A DNA stretch of 64,000 bases from Takakia lepidozioides (Eukaryota > Plantae > Bryophyta). The notes beneath the pieces are model-generated. The model had not been told where the DNA came from. It did not search any database and worked only from the letters and a program-made list of their open reading frames with translations. The stretch is taken from contig CM060732.1 in NCBI GenBank assembly GCA_030704615.1, forward strand, positions 56,358,001-56,422,000. The letters run 5' to 3'. The translations under genes and the position numbers were made by a program. Numbering within the stretch: the first letter of the stretch is position 1; every line of letters starts with the position of its first letter. Below are positions 60,557-64,000 of this stretch, one piece after another.

Positions 60557-63440
60557 CTAAGTCCCAGACAGTCCTCTAACAGCAATGGCATGCTCCTGAC
60601 CATCTTGAATCTGGCTCAACACCGCAGAGATAGCTAGATCACTGGCATCAGTTTGCAAGAGAAAAGACAAGGTAAAATCAAGATAGGCAAGCACATGAGC
60701 AGAAGTTAGTGCAATTTTGAGTTGTTCAAATGTGGACGTTTCAGCAGTACCCCAGAGAAAACGAGCATCCTTGGATAACAAGCGAGTGAGGGGAGTAGCT
60801 AACTTGGCAAACTGAAAAATGAAGCGATGATAGTAAGAACCTAAGCCTAAGAAGGCTTTGACACATGTTTTATCCCGAGGGGCTGGATAGTTCCACACAG
60901 CTTGGATCTTTGCAGGGTCGGGACTGATGCCAGCAGCAGAAAGCAGATGGCCCAAGAAATGGAGTTGTTCCATACAAAAATCACACTTCTTGGCTTTGAC
61001 CTTAAGCCTGGCTGCACGAAGTCTGCACATAACCCGCTGTAAATCCATCAGATGAGCATCAAACGTCGTAGAGTAAATATTGATGTCATCTATGTAAACA
61101 AAGGCACATTCCCAACGAAGGTTGCCTAAAACGATATCCATAAGGCGCTGAAATGTGGCAGTGGCGTTGCAAAGGCCAAAGGGCATGGTTTCAAATTGAA
61201 AGAGGCCCATTCTGCAGGTGAAGGCAGTTTTCTCCTTAGCAGCAGCAGTTAAAGGTACTTGCCAAAAGCCAAAGGCTAAATCTAAGGAAGAGAAGATAGT
61301 GGCCCCATTAAGTTGATCTAGCGTTTCATTGATGTGTGGCAAAGGGTAAACATCCCTCTGAGTGATGGCATTTAAACGCCAAAAATCAACGCAAAAACGG
61401 GTTGAGCCATCCTTCTTACCCACCAATACAATGGGACTGGCCCAAGGGGATATGGAGGGGGTAATTACACCAGCATCAAGCATTTTTGTAATCTCATCCT
61501 GAATGATCTTGCGCTCACGTACACTCTCCCTGTAGGCATGTTGTTTGATAGGCTTACCATCCGTGATGATGTCATGATCCAGAAGGGTGGTGCGGCCCAA
61601 GTCATGAAGCCCTTGACTAAAAATGTCGAGATTGTCACGTAGAAACTAGTGCAAGCGACTAATCTGCTGGGGAGCAAGGTGATCACCCACCTTGATATCC
61701 TTTAATACTTGCTAGAAATGTTGTTCTGCCTCAAGAGTAAGCGGGTCTTTGTCAGTGGAACCAGAATGAGAGGCAAACGTCTGCAGTTGGTCTACAGGGG
61801 AGTCCACCAACCCAATATCATGAAGACTGAGACCTTTCTGAACAGAAGTCAGCTCAGACAAAGGAGAAGCAGTGAGCCTAGCAAGGACCTGACCCTTACG
61901 GACACTGATGCTGATATGTTCAGGATTAGCAATCAGTAACCTGACCTCTCCCTTGAAACCCCTGTCTAAAACCCCAGAAGCAACCAGACAGTGCTTCTGG
62001 AGGGTAAGTTTCTTCCAGCCCTCAATCTCAATGAAATGACCTGCAAGGCAAGCAAAAGCTAGACCTGTAGGTACTATGCGCTGAGAAAAAGCAGGGATGA
62101 TGAAGTCAACAGGAGAACGTAGCAAAAGGGAATTCTTTGCCACGGGCAGGGGAGGTCCAAACTTCTTACCTGGTGGAGGGAAATGCCATTGGTACAAGGT
62201 ATCACCAAGTGGGTGGAACTGGCTCAACCTGGCCCAATTATAATGCAAACCCACTTGCTCCTTCATCTGCTCAGCTTGAAGCTTGAGACGAGAATAGTTG
62301 GCCATAGAGGTCCCAACAGCAATAGTAACATGGTTTAGATTCACCTTGTAGGGTTGCCCTTCACCATTGTGAAGACACATCAGATTATTCATGATGTCAA
62401 TACTGGCCTCTGCACCCTTCATCCAATCCAGACCCAACAAAACTTGTTCACCCATGGTGACAATGCAGGTCAGCAAGACAGTTTCCCACTAATGCGAATA
62501 GGTAAGGTGACTAGCCCAATAGGTTCATAAGCCGTGCCATCAGCTATGGTAACCACAAGGCCATGAGCAGAGCTAATCTTTAATCCAAGAATGCGAACTG
62601 TACTAAGTAGAATGGCAGACATGGTACAACCAGTATCAATAACACATGGAAAGGAAAGGTGGCCTACGTGACATTGTGTCACCAATGGGTGGATACGGTC
62701 CCGATTGAGATGTTTATAGGCCTCACAATGCATGAGTTTGAAATCACAAGAAAGAACAGCACTTACCAGCGTTCTGGGGTTCTTACCATGGTCATCTGGC
62801 ACCCTCACAGACGACCTGGTTTGTTTAAAAGACCCTGTTGTTTTTTGTCCCTTTGTAACTGTTCAATCAGGGCAGGCAAGTCAGATTGGTAAGGGCACCA
62901 CCTGGTGTAATGCTTGGTGGATTTGCAAATCATGCAAGCCACCACTGAGGTCCTGGTGTCATGGCGCATGCCAACATGGGCTTTACCTTGAGGCCCCGAT
63001 CTGGCAGGGACTGCAGGATTCCAGCCTACCTCAGCTTTGAAGGCTTGCAGTTCTCCCTGGATTTCATTACGAAAAGATGATAATTGATGCACAATGGAAG
63101 GGACCAGATCTGCTGCAATACCTTTCACCCCAGGGTCCCCATCAGTAGGCTCCACACAGTGACTCTCACTAGCTAGATGAGTGTGTTTCATGGTGGCAAT
63201 TTTAGACAGGCCTGCCTTAGCAGCTTTGACACGTAACCTTTCTTCAATCAATTCCACCATCTCATCTTCAGTGGTGTAAGTGTGTTTTTGCATAAACACT
63301 TTCTTAGCAGGGGGCAAGCCCCACTAGTACAGATTATCATTTTTATGACTGCAAATATCACTACATTTGCAGTGATAAGTGCAATTATGACTACATCACT
63401 ATACAGTGACAAACACGAAGTCAGTTCTACCATCACTGTG
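60557..63440 (-). mobile_element. Ty3/Gypsy element: gag (CCHC), protease, dUTPase-like domain, RT, truncated RNase H
   Basis: CMICKSTKHYTRWC; VIDTGCTMSAI; IIPAFSQRIVPTGL..GVLDRGFKGEVRLLIAN..RKGQVLARL; SPWASPIVLVGKKDGSTRFCVDF..MPFGLCNA..YIDD; LQTDASDLAISAVL. Stops and frameshifts are present and the integrase is missing. Confidence 0.92.
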
Positions 63441-63735
63441 GAGTGATAAGTGCGAAGTGATGGGCATCACTGCAGACGTGGCACCTGCCCAACAACTCAG
63501 AGTGACGTGGGGTATAGTGTTGTAGTCATAATTATACGACTACAAGGCTACATGTCATGACTACACTTACGACTACGTCACTACCGATGAGCGCCAACAT
63601 GGAGAGGTCTCTCCATGACACGTGTGACCCCACGGATGTATATGACTACACTTATGACTATATCACTACTCACTACATCACTGAGGATAACATGTGGCAT
63701 ATTTCATGACTACAAATATGACTCTATCACTATAG
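63330..63735. repeat. ATGACTAC / CACTAC imperfect repeat array upstream of the Gypsy gag
   Basis: Repeated TGACTACA, GACTACGTCACTAC and ATCACTAC motifs. Confidence 0.6.
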
Positions 63736-64000
63736 CTTTGTTCTGGTTTGGTTCTGGTAGGTCATCTAACAATTAGTTTATAAAACCATTAATGCTAATT
63801 TATTTATTAATTTCATGTAAATTTTATTTATCGTTTGATATTCAGATGTGTTTAAATATACAAAGCAATATATTTAATTGAATGAAAGAATTTCACACAA
63901 ATACATCGATTGTCTCTGGAATGTCGCTCATATTGCAAAAATCCAATGGGAAAAATGTTCGCATGGATGCCACAAAGGCTCTACAATCAAGAAGCCTGAA

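Noticed and set aside
60122-60637. Cys/Asp- and Ser/Gln-rich ORFs
   Set aside because: These are translations of the GGCTGTGAC minisatellite.

Overview
Eukaryotic nuclear DNA from a land plant, probably a non-seed lineage (inferred from gene content and TE types). The left ~24 kb holds intron-containing host genes: an MDR-family oxidoreductase, an MPO1/DUF962-like gene, the ferredoxin-thioredoxin reductase catalytic chain and an organellar guanylate kinase. It also holds MITEs and gene fragments (AGO1, DUF2921), with a PPR fragment at 29 kb. The right ~40 kb is a nest of transposons with a 500-N scaffold gap. Two unrelated mobile elements carry amino-methyltransferase domains. (1) An 11.5-kb Mutator-like element (9-bp TSD AAAATTTTG, short TIRs, GCM-like/DDE/SWIM transposase) sits in a LINE endonuclease and carries a divergent, spliced gene for a ParB/Srx-like domain fused to a beta-class N4C/N6A DNA methyltransferase-like domain. 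(2) A 5'-truncated RLE-type (Dualen/RandI-like) non-LTR retrotransposon has a chromodomain and a PCIF1-like adenine methyltransferase domain between RT and RNase H. Both copies are frameshifted and have variant catalytic motifs. A second, apparently intact relative of the Mutator transposase and a Ty3/Gypsy element with a dUTPase-like domain lie after the gap. All assignments are from manual motif recognition; no searches were run.
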